Source of the DNA: Octopus sinensis | Lineage: Eukaryota | Length of the DNA stretch: 24,372 nucleotides | Reading direction: 5' to 3' | NCBI RefSeq assembly: GCF_006345805.1 | Contig: NW_021836336.1 | Span: 1 to 24,372, forward strand | Shown here: one piece after another, positions 22,854-24,372 of the stretch | Layout of the letters: each line of letters starts with the position of its first letter | Numbering within the stretch: the stretch's first letter is position 1 | Made by a program: the position numbers and the translations under genes | Notes under the pieces: generated by a model | The model's input: the letters and a program-made list of their open reading frames with translations, nothing else | The model's database searches: none | What the model was told of the DNA's origin: nothing

Positions 22854-22890
22854 TGTTTCTGAAGAAGAGTTTTGCTCGAAACGTAAAGCA
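22854..22890 (+). ncRNA. Minimal type-I hammerhead ribozyme motif with canonical CUGAAGA/GAAA core (Penelope-like pLTR remnant)
   Basis: TGTTT-CTGAAGA-A-GAGT(TTT)GCTC-GAAA-CG-TA-AAGCA. Stem I is 5 bp with one G.U, stem II is 4 bp with one U.G, and the ACGT palindrome precedes the UA cleavage site at 22884-85. Confidence 0.75.
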
Positions 22891-23059
22891 CCCTCTCTTT
22901 CCTTCTCTGTACCACGTCCTCGAGTTGGTTTTTCTTGTCTTTTTTTCTCTGTTTAGTCCAAAAAAACTCCTTTGCTGTCTAAATGTTAAGAACGCTTATT
23001 CCTAGCTGAATGCAACACATTTATAAGGATATATAATAGAATGAAGAAATGAAGAAATA

Positions 23060-23985
23060 TGCGAAAGTGTTCAGTCAATTACATCGTCACCAGCCTCGTT
23101 GGTGTTTGAACTCAGAATATGTAACGAGAAGAAATGCCGTGTTGCATTTTCCCCGGGATTGTAACAGTTCTACCAGAACGCCATCTTCTAATTAATAATA
23201 ATGCTTTCTACATTAGGCCCAATGTCTGAAATTTAGGGGAGGGGACTGGTCAATTACATGGAACCCAGTGTTTCACTGGTATTTAATTTACCGACCCCGA
23301 AAGGATGAAAGACAAAGTCGACCTCGGATAGAAGGCAAAGTCGAACGTAGCGACAAGTGAAATACCTATTTCATTACTACACACAAGGGGCTAAACACAG
23401 AGAGGACAAACAAGGACAGACAAACAGATTAAGCCGATTATATCGACCTCGAAAGGATGAAAGGCAAAGTCGACCTCGGCGGAATTTGAATTTAGAAAGT
23501 AGCGACAGACGAAATACCTATTTCTTTATTACCCACAAGGGGCTAAACATAGAGGGGACAAACAAGGACAGACAAACGGATTAAGTCGATTATATCGACC
23601 CCAGTGCGTAACAGGTACTTATTTAATCGACCCCGAAAGGATGAAAGGCAAAGTCGACCTCGGCGGAATTTGAATTTAGAACGTAGCGACAGACGAAATA
23701 CCGCTAAGCATTTCGCTTGACATGCTAACGATTCTGTCACCTCACCGCCTTATTAAAACTAATAATGATTCTTTCTATTATAGGAACAATTCCTGAAGTT
23801 TGTGGGCAGCGTGCAACTCGACTGCATCGACCCCAGTGCATAACTGGTACTTATTTTATCGCCGCCGAAATGTTGATAAGCAAAGACGACCGCAGCGAAA
23901 TTTGAAATCAGAACACGAAGACAGACGAAATAACGCTAAGCATTTCGCCTGGCGTGCTAATGATTCTGCCAGCTCGCCGCCTTAT

Positions 23986-24045
<60 letters not shown>

Positions 24046-24190
24046 TTCTACTATAGAAACAGCGCCAGAAATTTTGGAGGAGCAGATGAAAGGCAAAGTC
24101 GACTTCGGCGGAATTTGAACTCAGGGCGAAATGCCGCTAGGCATTTTGCCCCGGTTTGTCTTGCTAATTATTTTAACAGCTCTCACCGTC
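23060..24190 (-). mobile_element. Stacked array of about 6 family-1 SINE copies or fragments, all in the same orientation
   Basis: Repeated aaaggatgaaaggcaaagtcgacctcggcggaatttgaa motifs. Heads (...ccgcctta) end at 23752 and 23984. Headless units lie at 23367-23518 and 23195-23366. (TAA)n spacers separate some copies. Confidence 0.88.
23987..24045. repeat. (TAA)n microsatellite (SINE tail)
   Basis: Directly visible between two SINE copies. Confidence 0.9.
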
Positions 24191-24203
24191 ACAATGATAA
24201 AGT

Positions 24204-24287
<84 letters not shown>

Positions 24288-24345
24288 TAATATAATAATA
24301 ATTATAATAATATAATAATAATAATAATAATAATTATAATAATAA
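24204..24345. repeat. Compound (CTA)n then (TAA)n microsatellite
   Basis: Directly visible. Confidence 0.95.
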
Positions 24346-24372
24346 TTGAAGATAATTGACTACATAATTAAA

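Noticed and set aside
23195-24190. Regularly repeated ~40-nt motifs superficially like a CRISPR array
   Set aside because: The repeats are internal parts of stacked SINE copies, the spacers are homologous, and the DNA is eukaryotic with no cas genes.

Overview
This is an AT-rich, microsatellite-saturated stretch of eukaryotic DNA. Its repeat families look like those of octopus (coleoid cephalopod) genomes, recognised from memory rather than by database search. No host protein-coding gene can be called with confidence, and almost all ORFs in the supplied track are translations of (TA)n, (CA)n or (GATA)n repeats or are antisense to decayed transposon ORFs. The window is a mosaic of mobile-element remnants: two tRNA-derived SINE families (about 12 copies or fragments, including a stacked array at 23.06-24.19 kb), an R4/Dong-like LINE fragment (7.75-8.34 kb, minus), an RTE-clade LINE 3' end (12.68-12.88 kb, minus), a broken DD37D (maT-like) Tc1/mariner transposase (18.06-19.03 kb), a probable Helitron-like 5' end and a decayed Q/N/Y-rich ORF. 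The most interesting signal is a set of five minimal type-I hammerhead ribozyme motifs from four unrelated sequence families, of the kind found in Penelope-like retroelement termini. All have a palindromic stem III, as expected for cleavage as dimers. One core is canonical (22854-22890), two copies share a non-canonical CUGUNGA core, one has a CCGAAGA core with a 92-nt stem II insertion, and one has lost G12 and lies inside an inverted repeat. Several fold-back structures that could form dsRNA are also present.
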